Below, one piece after another: positions 1 to 11,990 of a stretch of DNA of 64,000 nt. The notes beneath the pieces are model-generated. The model worked only from the letters and a program-made list of their open reading frames with translations, made no database searches and had not been told where the DNA came from. The translations under genes and the position numbers were made by a program. Position 1 is the first letter of the stretch, and the number at the start of each line of letters is the position of its first letter. This DNA is from Hypanus sabinus (Eukaryota). Location: contig NC_082720.1 in NCBI RefSeq assembly GCF_030144855.1, forward strand, positions 57,784,001-57,848,000, read 5' to 3'.

Positions 1-149
1 CTGGCAACCAAATATTACAGATGAAGCTGACAACAATGACATTATTTTTGATTACTGTAAAGTTAAATGGGAAATTCTAGGTGTAATCACTGTATCTCTG
101 GCAATAATTGATCTGGGACACACACACATCCAATGAGTTACAATGGGTA

Positions 150-595
150 TACAATACACAAAATACTGGAAGAACTCAGCAGGTCAGGCAGCATCTACGG
201 AGAAGAATAAATATTCAATGTTTCAGGCTGAGACCTTCATTAAGACTTAAAAGTACCAGCACTTATCAATTTATGTTAAATTGCCTCATCAAGCGAGGTG
301 TTCATACTAGCATCCGCTGCTCTTGCCAACATCACATTCTTTAATTCAATGGCTTAAGAAATTCTCCTACAGTTGACTGCATTAAAAATTCTTATACAAG
401 CTTGTTGTGACCCTCAGTGAGCTAACTGCCCTTATTAGCAAATAGTGTCACCACCTAATGAAAAAAACCCTTCATCATGTCCTGACACCAACAGTTTATT
501 CCTCGCCATAGATGCTACTTCACCTGTTGAGCTCCTCTAACATTTTGTGTGCGTTGTATACTTCAAATTTTCAGCATCTGCAGAATCCCTTGTGC
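150..595. repeat. Inverted pair of PLE termini (about 150-247 minus, 465-595 plus)
   Basis: acacaaaatactggaagaactcagcaggtcaggcagcatct versus gatgctacttcacctgttgagctcctctaacattttgtgtg. Confidence 0.65.
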
Positions 596-1539
596 TTTAT
601 CCCTCCAACCTTTTACACACAGCGCTATCATTCCATGCAATTTAATTGCCATACATCAAGAAATTTGTAATGAGCACTTCTTGGTGAGCAGGTGAATAAT
701 TATATTTGTTTCACTGATGAGGCCTGTCAAAGTTAATTCACAATCAATATAAATAGAGGTTGCTTTTAACCACAATACTCACTGAGTTGGAAATAACATG
801 CAGGCATTGTCAATTTGTTAAGAGATACTGCCAGTAAAACATGCTGGGAGGTAGACTGTGAGTAGGGGAGGAGAAACAATTTTAGGTAAGCAAAACCATA
901 CAGCACTCCATTTTGGGAAAAAATTCTCACCGTCCTTGGCTTCCATAACAAATTGGACAAAATCATAAGATTATATCAGCCAAATAGCAGAGCAAATAAT
1001 ATACATAATCAAATCACAGCATCTGGGCTTCTGTGCAACTCTTATTTAATCATCAAGGTACTTCACATTTCATCACTGTAGAGGCATGTTCAGCCAAATA
1101 CTGTTATTGCATATCAAACAATATTAATTCCAGATATTACAGAGACAAAAACGATATTGTAAATTCCTGGTGAGCAATACTGATTTACCAGTTCCTCTTG
1201 GATGGAGAGATCACTGCACCAGCTTAACAAGCAGAAGATGTATGCTTGGCAAAGTGAGCATACCATGACCAGACAGGCATTTCAATGTAGTGCATCTACT
1301 TCTCTAGCATAGATCTATTACCAGTTAATTATATGAACTGCTTATCGGATCAGCTGGTACACAGATTGCTTTCCTGAATTAAATAAAATGAGTAACAGTT
1401 CAGGAGGAGGTCTAAGAGGGTAAAGGAAATTAATAAACTCTTGCAGCTAATTGCTATTAAGTAATCCTTGTATGGGGGGGGAAGGACAGATGTCAGATTT
1501 GATATAGATTCTGACAATACATTCTTGTCAGAATGATCA

Positions 1540-2676
1540 GTTGATCATACAGTACAGTGTAAAGTTAATTTCTCACTATGCTTCACTAAATGGAGCACCA
1601 ATCGTGAGTTGGAGAGCTCCGAGAGAGGAATGGCACACAGGTCTAAGAGCAAAGTTTAAAAGGGGAAAACTTTGCGGGAACTCGGCTATAACCGGAGCAC
1701 CAATCACGAGTTGGAGAGCAGGAAAGATACAGGCATAACAGGGAGTCACTGCCTAGTGGAGTGGTCATCAAAGGAGCTGTCATTGATGGAGTGGTGTGAA
1801 GCAGAGTGGTAGGGCTTTGGCTTTGGTGAAGTAAGTGGGTAAGTGGACTTCGCTTTTTCCTTGCATTTTTTTTAAACTATGAGAGGAAGCTGCCAACTAA
1901 TATCAAAGAAGACACTAAAAGCAGACTATTGTTTAGATGGGGAGAGAATTCAAAATGCAGGGATACAAAGAGACTTGGGAGTCTTGTGCAAGACACCCTA
2001 AAGGTTAACCTCCAGGTTGAGTGGGTGGTGAAGAAGGCGAATGCAATGTTGGCATTCATTTCTAGAGGTATGGAATATAAGAGCAGGGATGTGATGTTGA
2101 AGCTCTGTAAGGCACTTGTGAGACCACACTTGGAATATTTTGTGCAGTTTTGGGCTCCTTATTTTAGAAAGAATATATTGGCATTGGAGAATGTTCATAG
2201 AAGATTCAGGAGAATGATTCCAGGAATGAAAGGGTACCTGTATAAAGAACGTCTGGCAACTCTTGGGCTGTATTCCTGGGAGTTTAAGAGAATGGTGAGG
2301 GGGGGGGGGGGGGGATCTCATAGAAATGTTCTGTATGTTTCTAGGCCGAATGATACAGCAAAATTATTTCCCATGGTAGGGGAGTCTAGGACAAGAGGGC
2401 ATGACTTCAGAACTGAAGAAGTCCATTTAGAACAGAAATGCAGAGAAGTTACTTCAGTCAGAGGGTGGTAAATCTGTGGAATATGTTGCCATGAGTGGCT
2501 GTGGAGGCCAAGTCATTGGGTGCATTTAAGGCACAGAGAGATAGGTTCTTGATTAGCCAGGGCATCAAAGGGTATGGGGAGAAGGCAGTGGAGTGGGGAT
2601 GACTGGAAGAATTGGATCAGCCCATGATTGAATGGCAGAGCAGACTTGATGGGCTGAATGGCCTACTTTGCTCCTA
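1540..2676 (+). mobile_element. Internally deleted CR1 LINE (5'UTR-like part plus ORF2 C-terminus and 3'UTR; tail resumes at 4284-4305)
   Basis: ORF 1929-2471 KKANAMLAFISRGMEYKSRDVMLKL..LVRPHLEY..FWAPY..RTRGH is a CR1 RT C-terminus; duplicated ggagcaccaatc.gagttggagagc motif in the 5' part. Confidence 0.85.
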
Positions 2677-4283
2677 CAGTGGCATGCAAAAGTTTGGGCA
2701 CCCCGGTCAAAATTTCTGTTACTGTGAATAGCTAACTGAGTAAAAGATGACCTGATTTCCAAAAGGCATAAAGTTAAAGATGACACATTTCTTTAATATT
2801 TTAAGCAAGATTACTTTTTTATCTCCATCTTTTACAGTTTCAAAATAACAAAAATGGAAAAGGGCCCAAAGCAAAAGTTTGGGCACTCTGTATGGTCAGT
2901 ACTTAGTAGCACCCCCTCTGGCAAGTATCACAGCTTGTAGATGCTTTCTGTAGCCAGCTAAGTCTTTCAATTCTTGTTTGGGGGATTTTCGCCCATTCCT
3001 CCTCGCAAAAGACTTCTAGTTCTGTAAGATTCTTGGGCCTTCTTGCACGCACTGCTCTTTTGAGGTCTATACACAGATTTTTGATGATGTTTAGGTTGGG
3101 GGACTGTGAAGGCCAAAGCAAAACATTCAGCTTGCGCCTCTTGAGTAGTCCATTGTGGATTTTCAGGTGTGTTTAGGATCATTATCCTGTTGTAGAAGCC
3201 ATTCTCTTTTCATCAGCTTTTTTACAGACGGTGAGACGTTTGCTTCCAGAATTTGCTGGTATTTAATTGAATTAATTCTTCCCTCTCCCAGTGAAATGTT
3301 CCCCATGTCACTGGCTGCAACACAAGCCCAAAGTATGATCAATCCACCCCCATGCTTAACAGTTGGAGAGGTGTTCTTTTCATGACATTCTGCATCCTTT
3401 TTTCTCCAAACATACCATTGCTCATTGTGGCCAAAAAGTTCCATTTTAACTTCACAGGACTTGTTCCCAAAATGCATCAGGCTTGTTTAGATGTTCTTTT
3501 GCAGACTTCTGATGCTGAATTTTGTGGTGAGGATGCAGGAAAGGTTTTCTTCTGATGACTCTTTCATGAAGGTCATATTTGTGCAAGTGTCGCTGCACAG
3601 TGGAACAGTGCCCCACCACTCCAGAGTCTGCTAAATCTTCCTGAAGGTCTTTTGCAGTCAAACAGGGGTTTTGATGTGCCTTTCCAGCAATTCTACGAGC
3701 AGTTCTCTCAGAAAGTTTTCTTGGTCTTCCAGACCTCAACTTGACCTCCACCATTCTGTTAACTGCCATTTCTTAATTACATTACGAACTGTGGAAACGG
3801 CTACCTGAAAACATATTGCTATCTTCTTATAGCCTTCTCCTACTTTGTGGGCATCATTTATTTTAATTTTCAAAGAGCTAGGCAGCTGCTTAGAGGAGCC
3901 CATGGCTGCTGATTGTTGGGACAAGGTTTGAGGAGTCAGGGTATTTATAAAGCTTTGAAATTTGCATCACTGGGCCTTTCTTAACAATGACTGTGAACAA
4001 GCCATAGCCCTAACAAGCTAATTAAGGTCTGAGACCTTGGTAAAAATTAGCTGAGAGCTCAAATCTCTTGGGGTGCTCAAACTTTTGCATGGTGCTCCTT
4101 TCCTTTTCTTCACTCTAGAATTGTACAAAACAAAAACAATGCACTAATCTTGCTTAAAATATTGAAAAGAATGTTTCCTCTTTAACTTCATGACTTTTGG
4201 ACATCAGTTCATCTTCTACTCACTTAACTATTCACAGTAACAGAAATTTTGACCAAGGGTGCCCAAACTTTTGCATGCCACTG
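2677..4283 (-). mobile_element. Full-length Tc1-family DNA transposon, IR/DR type
   Basis: TA TSD (2675-76, 4284-85). TIRs of about 210 bp begin CAGTGGCATGCAAAAGTTTGGGCAC, with an inner direct repeat GCAAAAGTTTG(G/A)GCAC at about 2871 and 4072. Inserted in a CR1 3' tail (ctcc-TA-tatcttatgg). Confidence 0.96.
2896..3903 (-). pseudogene. Frameshifted Tc1 transposase
   Basis: Fragments MGSSKQLP..GEGYKKIA..STVRNVIKKW, RSGRPRKLS, PTVKHGGG..WAC, QQDNDPKHT, WPSQSPNLNIIKNL and ..ATKY* lie across several frames. The first catalytic D codon is deleted and the catalytic E reads K. Confidence 0.92.
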
Positions 4284-4969
4284 TATATCTTATGGTTATA
4301 TGGCCTTCGACATCTATCCCCATTAGAGGCACTTAAGAGATTCTTAGATCAACATGAGGATGAATGAAAAAGGGGGGCTGGATGGGAAGAAAGGGTTAGA
4401 TTGACCATATAGTAAGTTGAAGGGTCATTACAACATCATGTACAGAGGGCCTGTATTGTGCTGCACTGACCTATATTCTGTCACTCACATCTGTTGCTTT
4501 ACCCACTCAGACACAAAGTTCTGGAATTCCTCTCTAAACATCAGTATTTCACTAACAATTTTTTTGTTTAAGATACCTTAAAATTTTCAATTTTTGCCAA
4601 AGTTTATGGTCATCTGTCTTATTTCCAAATTAATGTTCTTATTATATTATTACAGTTTGCTGATTATCTAGTGAAGTGCTATGAGGTGCTTAATAATGTT
4701 AGTGTCACGACATGAAGTTGGAAGATGCTGTAGTAGGCTCAGAGTTGATAAGCTGGGACCATCTCTGCAAGAGTTCAAATGTGATAGGTGTACATCTGCC
4801 ACTGAGAATGGCGAACATCTATTAATCTGCAATTCATAACTGTAAGCTGAACTAATTGTGCATTTAGGATTGACATTATGGTGGTAAGGTACCTATCACC
4901 ATATACCTACAACTAATAAATTACAGGTTGCTCCGCCACCCTAGTGGAGTACGATCTGTATTTGCATTT

Positions 4970-5580
4970 ATATACACCTGTTCATTAATGCAAGCATCTA
5001 ATCAGCCAATCATGTGGCAGCAACATAATGCATAAACACATGCAGAGATGGTCACGAGGTTCAGTTATTGTTCAGACCACACACCAGAATGGAGAAGAAA
5101 TGTGATCTATGTGATTTTGACCGTGGAATGTTTGTTGGTGCCAGATGGGATGGTTAGAGTATCTCAGAAACTGCTGATCTCCAGGGATTTTCATGCACAA
5201 CAGTCTCTACAGCTTACAGAGAATGGTGTGAGAAACATAAAACATCCAGAGAGTGGCAGTCCTGTGGGCAAAACTGTTTTGTGTATGATAGAGGCCAGAG
5301 GAGAATAGCCAAGGTGACAGGAAGAGAACAGTAACTCAAATAATGATGTGTTACAACAGTGCAGAAGAGCATGTCTGGATGCACAAAATGCCCAACCTTG
5401 AATTGGATGGGCTACACCAGCAGAAGGCTACACTAGGTCCCACTGTTGTACCTACTAAAGTGGCCAGGGAGTATATTTAAAAGTGGGTGGGCTACAGTGG
5501 ATATTTTCACTGCAACACATCCACTTCAAGGTTTAACGTGTTGTGCATTCAGAGATGCTCTACTGCACATTGTTGTTGTG
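4970..5580 (+). mobile_element. Truncated copy of the same MITE family plus an inverted fragment (about 5495-5580)
   Basis: Body matches the other copies; right TIR cctactaaagtggccagggagt at about 5451-5473; left TIR absent. Confidence 0.75.
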
Positions 5581-5629
5581 AGTAACATACTTTCTAGACA
5601 CTGCGAGGCTATAATTAGTATAAGGATGT

Positions 5630-6410
5630 AGAAAGGTGGAGCTTAGGAGGGTTAATGGCGCCTAACAGCATCTCCTTTACTTGCATCTTCGGAAACAGCT
5701 CTACTTTCATCTTAGATATCTCTATTTTTCCCTTTCACGTTTCTTTTGAAGACCCTGACCTGCAGTTACATGCTATGGTTCTTTGTGGGAATGGGACCCG
5801 CTCTGGAGGTTCCATAACTGGCCGTTGTTCAGCATGCCAAAGGCTCAGCCTAAGAGTCCAGCTCCAAATTCAGAAGCCAAGGATCTCAGAGCTCTTGAGA
5901 TGGGCAGATTGAGGATTGGTGTCATGACAGGAGACCCGTGTGTCGTCGGGATATCTGTTATGTGCCTGGAGACCTGGGATCTTTGTGATCTTTGGGCACA
6001 GAGCTCGATAAAAGCAACGTAACAGACTTTTAACATCGTAAACCAGTGAGTTGCTTGTTATGTCTCCCTGCTTGCTGGGAAAATGGAGACACCTCTTTTT
6101 CCCTTATTAGGAAGAGATAGAACCTGTGGTGTGTCGAATGCTGGGTGAAACACCAAGTCTTTGGTCACGCTTGAGCGCTCGGTGGTGGTGCCGATGCTTG
6201 CCTTTGTTTTTGCTGGTGGGAGGCGGGGGAATCGTTGCTCGCTGCCACTTATGCGCGGAAGAGGGGAGCTGAGGGGGTACTTTGGGGTTCTAACATTTAA
6301 CTGTCATTCATTCTTTGGTGTACTCCTCTGTTTCATGGATGGCTGTGAAGAAAAAGCATTTCATGATGTAGATTGTATACATTTCTCTGACATTAAATTG
6401 TACCTTTGAA
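5630..6410 (+). mobile_element. Non-autonomous retroposon with Rex/Babar-like tail; related copy at about 12615-13205
   Basis: GC-richer body ending ..gtatacatttctctgacattaaattgtacctttgaa, resembling the tail of the Rex-type fragments in this window. Confidence 0.5.
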
Positions 6411-9345
6411 AGAAGTTGGGAGAAAAATGTAAGCACGGAATTTTATTTTTCTCTCAAATCTGTTTCAAATGTTTAAAAAGATAATTTCAATCCTTCAATG
6501 GCTAAGCTTCATGGCAGGGATACTCCATTATTACTCATGGGACTGAGCAGGGGATTCAGAATAATGCATTAGTGGAAAACAAATCAACTTACAGCCAGGT
6601 TGGGAAGATTTATTGGACAACATTATGATCATGGTGGCCAAACATTCAATCTGTCATTTTACAAGAACCTTGGTTGAAAATGTAAAGAGAGCCACTTCCA
6701 CACTGACAGATTATCTTTGAGCATGATTAATGGAGCTGTTAACAAACAGATCCAGAGGTTACATTAGGTATTTAGTAAATACAAATCTTTCTTTTGATTA
6801 TGTCTGTTAGTAAGTGAACCCACAATAACGGTAGCAGAATAAGGACGACCTGGAATTTATGGACATCAATTGCCAGAGTCCAAGAGTTATACAGTGTGGA
6901 ATAGGCCTTTCAGCCAAACTCATCTATACCAACTGTAGTACCTTCCTGAGTACACCTCACATCCCCAATGAGAGGAGAAATAAATCAATCATAATCAAAG
7001 GGTGGAGCTGACTCAAAGGGCATAATTCTGCTCCTATGCCTTATGGTCCTATGGTCTAAATAATCAGTATCTTAAAACTGTGATCTTTAAAATAATTGAG
7101 GGTGCATGATAAACTATCTCTATCACCCTCACCTTCAATAGTTAACAACTTAGAATTAGGACATCAGGAGGGTTTAATTGTGTGTCAATAGACAAGAGTG
7201 GATGATCCTTTTGGATGGTTTTATGGCAATTCCTGCTGCTACCCATTCAGTTCAAACAACCAAGAGTTTTGGACTCTTCATGGACAAGTGTTGCCCTCAC
7301 CTTGTTCTTTTGCTCTTTTGTGCAAATGTCAGCTATCTAGGAAAGATACGATGGCCCTGGAGAGGGTTCCAGGAGGCTCACAAGAAAGATGCCAGGAATG
7401 AAAGACTTAACAAAGATGCTTTTGGCATCTTAGGGTCTGTACTTGATGGGAATCTAGAAGGTCCGGGGGTGGGGGGGGGGGGGAAGGTAGTACCCCACAG
7501 AATACTGAAAAGCATTTCTTCAACAAGATGGTGTTGAGTCTGTGGAATTCGTGCACAATGGGCAGTGGAGGCCAAGCCTTTGGGTGCACATAAGGCAGAG
7601 ATTGATAGGTTCTTAAAGATTAAAGGTAACGGGCAGAAGGGGTGGGAATGGGATTGAAAGATATAGCCATGATTGAGCAACAGAGAAGACTTAATAAGCT
7701 AAATAACCTAATTCTGCTCCTGCTTCCTATGATTTAAGATTCTGAAGAGCTGTTGGTGTCAATGAAAATACAGTTCAGCAAGTGCACCACTAAGAAAGAA
7801 ATTCACTGGGGGAAACTCCTTGCTCCACTGAAATTAAACCAACTCACACTAAATAACCAGGGACCCCCCCTAATGATTGACGAGTTTTTACCAACCGGTG
7901 GATATTTCAACCTGAACCTGCCAATTGGGATGAATGGGACAATGTACCTGGGGCACTTGATTGAATAACAGCACTACCCAAAAATAAGGCACCAGAATAT
8001 TAAAATGACAGGTACCACGAGTAGTATATTTGACTCTTGGCACTTTGACTTGTTACTCAAAAACACATTTGCCAGTATTAGTGAAATGGTTAAGGTTGTA
8101 GAGCAGTGATCTGGAACAAGCACAAATACATTCTCATTTTTCTTTTACCAGTTCATTGTCATCACTGATATCAGACAGAGACAACACTGAGTCTAAAGGA
8201 AAGAAAGAGAAAATGTTAAAGTGCAGGAGATGTACAACAGGCACAGAATTAGGATGAATTTCCAGCATATACTGGTTTTGCTTCAAAAGGAAAGGGAGGG
8301 AAAGAAGAAACTATCAACCTGATCAATTGTCATTATCTCAAAAAAAAGATGCATTAGTGTCATCAAATAAAATCTGAAAGAAGTTGTTTCCCCCTCAAGT
8401 GTGGCTCATAACAAGAAAATCATTTAAAATGTCTATACAAGGTGCTAAAAATACCATTTGTAATATAGCATTAGCACAATAGACATAAACAAATTCAACT
8501 AATTTAAAAAGACTAATTACATCCTGTCGCTGTGATACTGCAAAATGAGTCAGCTTCATGGAAAGTAATAACTATCAATGAATATTGCCATATTCGTTTA
8601 TAGAGTCTAATTCTTAGTTTCTATTTCTGCCCCACCTAATTTTCATACTTCCCACCTTGTGGAAAGAACAATTTCATGGGTGTCAACTAATGTACAGTAA
8701 GGTGGTAAAATGTCCTTGCACATTTCCCTTAATATTCACTAGTATAATAAATGACAGTGCAAACATATTCTAAATTTCTTTTGCCAACCTTGCAGATTGG
8801 TGTTAACCTGGTGCAGATGATTGACTTTGGTTTATGATGATTAAAACTGGATCTCTCATTTTGCTGACATAAACTTGGACAGTTCATCATTTACTACCCT
8901 AGAAAATATATAGCAACATGTCCAAAATGCTGGAGGAACACGATAGGTCAGGCAGCATTTATGGAGGGAAGTAACCAGTCAACATTTCAGAGCCTTAGGT
9001 CACACACCACCAGGTTTAGGAACAGTTATTACCCTTGAGTCATCAGGCTCTTGAACCAGAGTGGTAACTTCACTCACCTCAACACAGAACTGATTCCACA
9101 ATCCATTGACTCATTTTCAAGGACTTTACAACTCATTTAAAGTTTAAATAAATACACTTATTTATTATGTTAATCTTTGTAATTGCACAGTTTGTTTTTT
9201 TTTCTGCACATTGGCTGGATGTCCATTTTTGTTTATGTAGTTTTCATTTATTCTCGTTGTACCTACTGTGAATGCCTGCTACCAAATTAATGTCAGGGTG
9301 ACATATCTAAGGTGACATATACGTACAAGATATTACATTTACTTT

Positions 9346-9383
9346 TACTCCTGATGAAGGGCCTCAGTCCAAAATAGTGACTG
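9346..9383 (+). ncRNA. Degenerate hammerhead motif in a PLE terminus
   Basis: CTGATGA A GGGC CTCA GTCC AAAA ..GACTG. Confidence 0.5.
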
Positions 9384-10340
9384 ATTACTCCTCTTCATAG
9401 ACACTCTACCTGACCTGCTGATTTCCATCAGCATTTTGTGTGTATTGTTCGGGATTTCCAGCATCTGCAAAATCTTTTGTGTCTATAAAATATACATTTT
9501 TGGCAATGGTTCCAGAATTATTTTCATAAGTGTCACCTTACAAAAGTCCCTTCTTTTGTTTCAGCCCTGAGTACTTTGGCTGCAGAAGTGTCAAAATTAT
9601 TTAGTTTGCTGGCTAAAATGAGTTAAAATATTCACAGTAATAGCTTAGAAATTACTCTTCTGGTAAGGTCTGATAACATAACATCAAATAATAAGATCAT
9701 CCTAACTGCATCTCTAAAACACTCAACCTTTGAGAATTCTGTGCACATTTATAGCTTGTGGAAATGGACAAATAAACAATTTCAATGAATGTTTAATAAT
9801 TTAACTCTCTCAGTAATTTTGTTTTCAGTATGTTGGAAATGAAGTTTGAAGAGATTCCACAGTGGCTTTGTTGGAATTCATATTAGGATCGATCTCCAAA
9901 GAGCTCCTCAATTAACGGTTGAAAGTTCAAGGTCTTTAATTAATGAAGGATTAAATAAACATCAATATAACCATGGTTAGTTTCTGTGTTGCTCACAAAT
10001 GTATGTAGCCACTAGTAGACATCACTGATGGCAGAAATGTGAACTTTAATGGCCTACAGATGCCCAAGGTTAGTTGTTCCATGTGTATCGAAGGGAATTT
10101 TATGATATACGTATTACATCATCAACTCTACAGTGATTGATTCTGGTCCAAAGCACAGTAAGTTGTAGAAAATAAAAATCTGTGCTTGTTATTCTTACCA
10201 ATAAGACAGTTAAAAATCCATACAAGTAGTTTTTCCTAGAAAAGACAGTACTAGAACCATGCTGACAAATCAGTATTTCTAATATCTTATCCTAAAATGA
10301 CAAATACTGATGAAACTTTGAGGAAAATTTCAGTTACATA

Positions 10341-10660
10341 CAGTACTGTGCAAATGTCTCATGCATATGTAAAATATAATTCAATAAAGTGAAGATGCCT
10401 TCAAAAATGATGAGATGGAAAGTTTCTAAATATAAAAAATACAACTAAATGAAACCAATATTTGTTGTGACCACCCTTTGCCTTAAAACTGTGTTAATTT
10501 TTAGATACACTGCCATGCCGTTTTATTAGAAAATCAGCTGGTAGGTTGTTTCCAAGCATCTTGGAGAACTTGGGACAGTTCTAGAGATCTTAAATGTCTC
10601 ACTCACTTCTGTCTCTCAGATTTTCCCAAACAACCTCGATGATGTTGAGATCAGGTATGT
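10341..10660. mobile_element. End fragment of another Tc1-like transposon (TIR CAGTACTGTGCAAA); a matching inverted end fragment lies at about 60965-60992
   Basis: TA+cagtactgtgcaaatgtct; minus-strand PDLNIIEVVWENL motif in ORF 10599-10799; cctaagacttttgcccagcactgta at about 60969. Confidence 0.65.
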
Positions 10661-11420
10661 TGACAATACAGCAGTATTGTCTGACAGAGAGGAAGGAAAA
10701 AAAAGTAAAGATATGGAAAAAATATATTTTGACATGTTCCTGTAATGAGCAGAATTGGGAGTGATAATCTGTAATAATACAGTCTTGGTGTGAAACCACT
10801 GAATATTCTGATTATATTATAGGGTGCAGAATTTGCTCCTGTATGCTTGAGCTGGAGCCCCGTGTTTACTGAAATGACACTGGGAAATGTTGGAAGCTCC
10901 ACTCTCGGCATGTGTCAGAAAAATCCTGTCCTGTATGATTCAGTAGAATGAAATATCCATGATACTGTGGAAACAGAAGTGAGTTGAATTCCAGGAGTGG
11001 AGAAATAGAAAGATGTGCCCATTTCTTACATCAGAGAGGGGATAAAACAGTGCTTTAGTTAATAGAATATGAAGTGAAAGTCTAGAGATGTGAGTCAAAT
11101 CAAATGAGTTTAAATTATGTTACTTAAATCTGGAACTAAAATAATAATTTCAATATATGCAACCATGAAATTTGCAAAAATCCATGTGCCTTATTCATGT
11201 CCTTTAGAGAAGAACATTAGTGTGTACCCTATGACTAAGTAATCAACTTCACAGTGCAACAAGAGCAAGCAGTGTTAGTATTGCTGCTATTACAAGTTCA
11301 ACAGCTGGAGTATGAAAAATAATGGGATGTGTGTTTCAGCAGTAGTTGGATGGCTTTAAATCTTTTTAGTCCAACAGGAGCAGAGCACAATCTATTCTTT
11401 CAATTAGTTCTAAAAACATA

Positions 11421-11990
11421 CACTCAGTAGCCACTTTGTTAGGTATATCTGGTTATTACTGTAAATATCTCAACAGCTAATCACGTGGCAGCAACTCAAT
11501 TCATTAATAGCATGTAGACATGATCAAGTGGTTCAATTGTAATTCAAACATCAGAATGGTGAAGAAATGTGGTCGAAGTGATTGACAGTGGAACGTTTGT
11601 TGGTGCCAGATGGGGTGGTTTGAGTATCTTAGATACAGCTGATTTCCTGGGACTTTCACCCACAGCAGTCTAGAGTTTACAAAGAATGGTGCAGAAATCA
11701 AATAAAAACATCCAGTAAGTGTCAACTCTGTGGGCAAAAATGCTTTGTTAATCAGAAAGATCAGAGGAGAAAGGCAAGACTAGTTCAAGCTGACAGGGAG
11801 GCGACTGTAACACAAATAACAACACATCACAATAGTGGTGTTCAGAAGAGCAGCATGTTGTGCTTTCAGCATCTGAAAGCACAACATGTCAGAGCTTGAA
11901 GTGGGTGGACTACAGCAGAAGACCATAAACGTACACTCAGTGGCCACTTTATTAAGTACAGGAGATTCCTAATAAATTGGCCACTGAGTG
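11421..11990 (+). mobile_element. Tc1-derived MITE (TIR CACTCAGTGGCCACTTTATTAGG)
   Basis: TA flanks, TIRs at both ends, remnant of the transposase N-terminal HTH (KKCDLSDFD.GM.VGAR..G.SISE type). Confidence 0.85.

Noticed and set aside
2299-2314. Poly-G runs (G16 here; G5TG13 at 7465-7483) as functional G-quadruplexes
   Set aside because: Both lie inside CR1 copies at G-rich positions; slippage or homopolymer sequencing error is a simpler explanation.
4930-4950. CTCF-like ccgccaccctagtgga (also agccatctagtca at about 22481)
   Set aside because: Each has two mismatches or a 1-nt spacing error against the CCASYAGRKGGC core; not supportable without a PWM scan or ChIP data.
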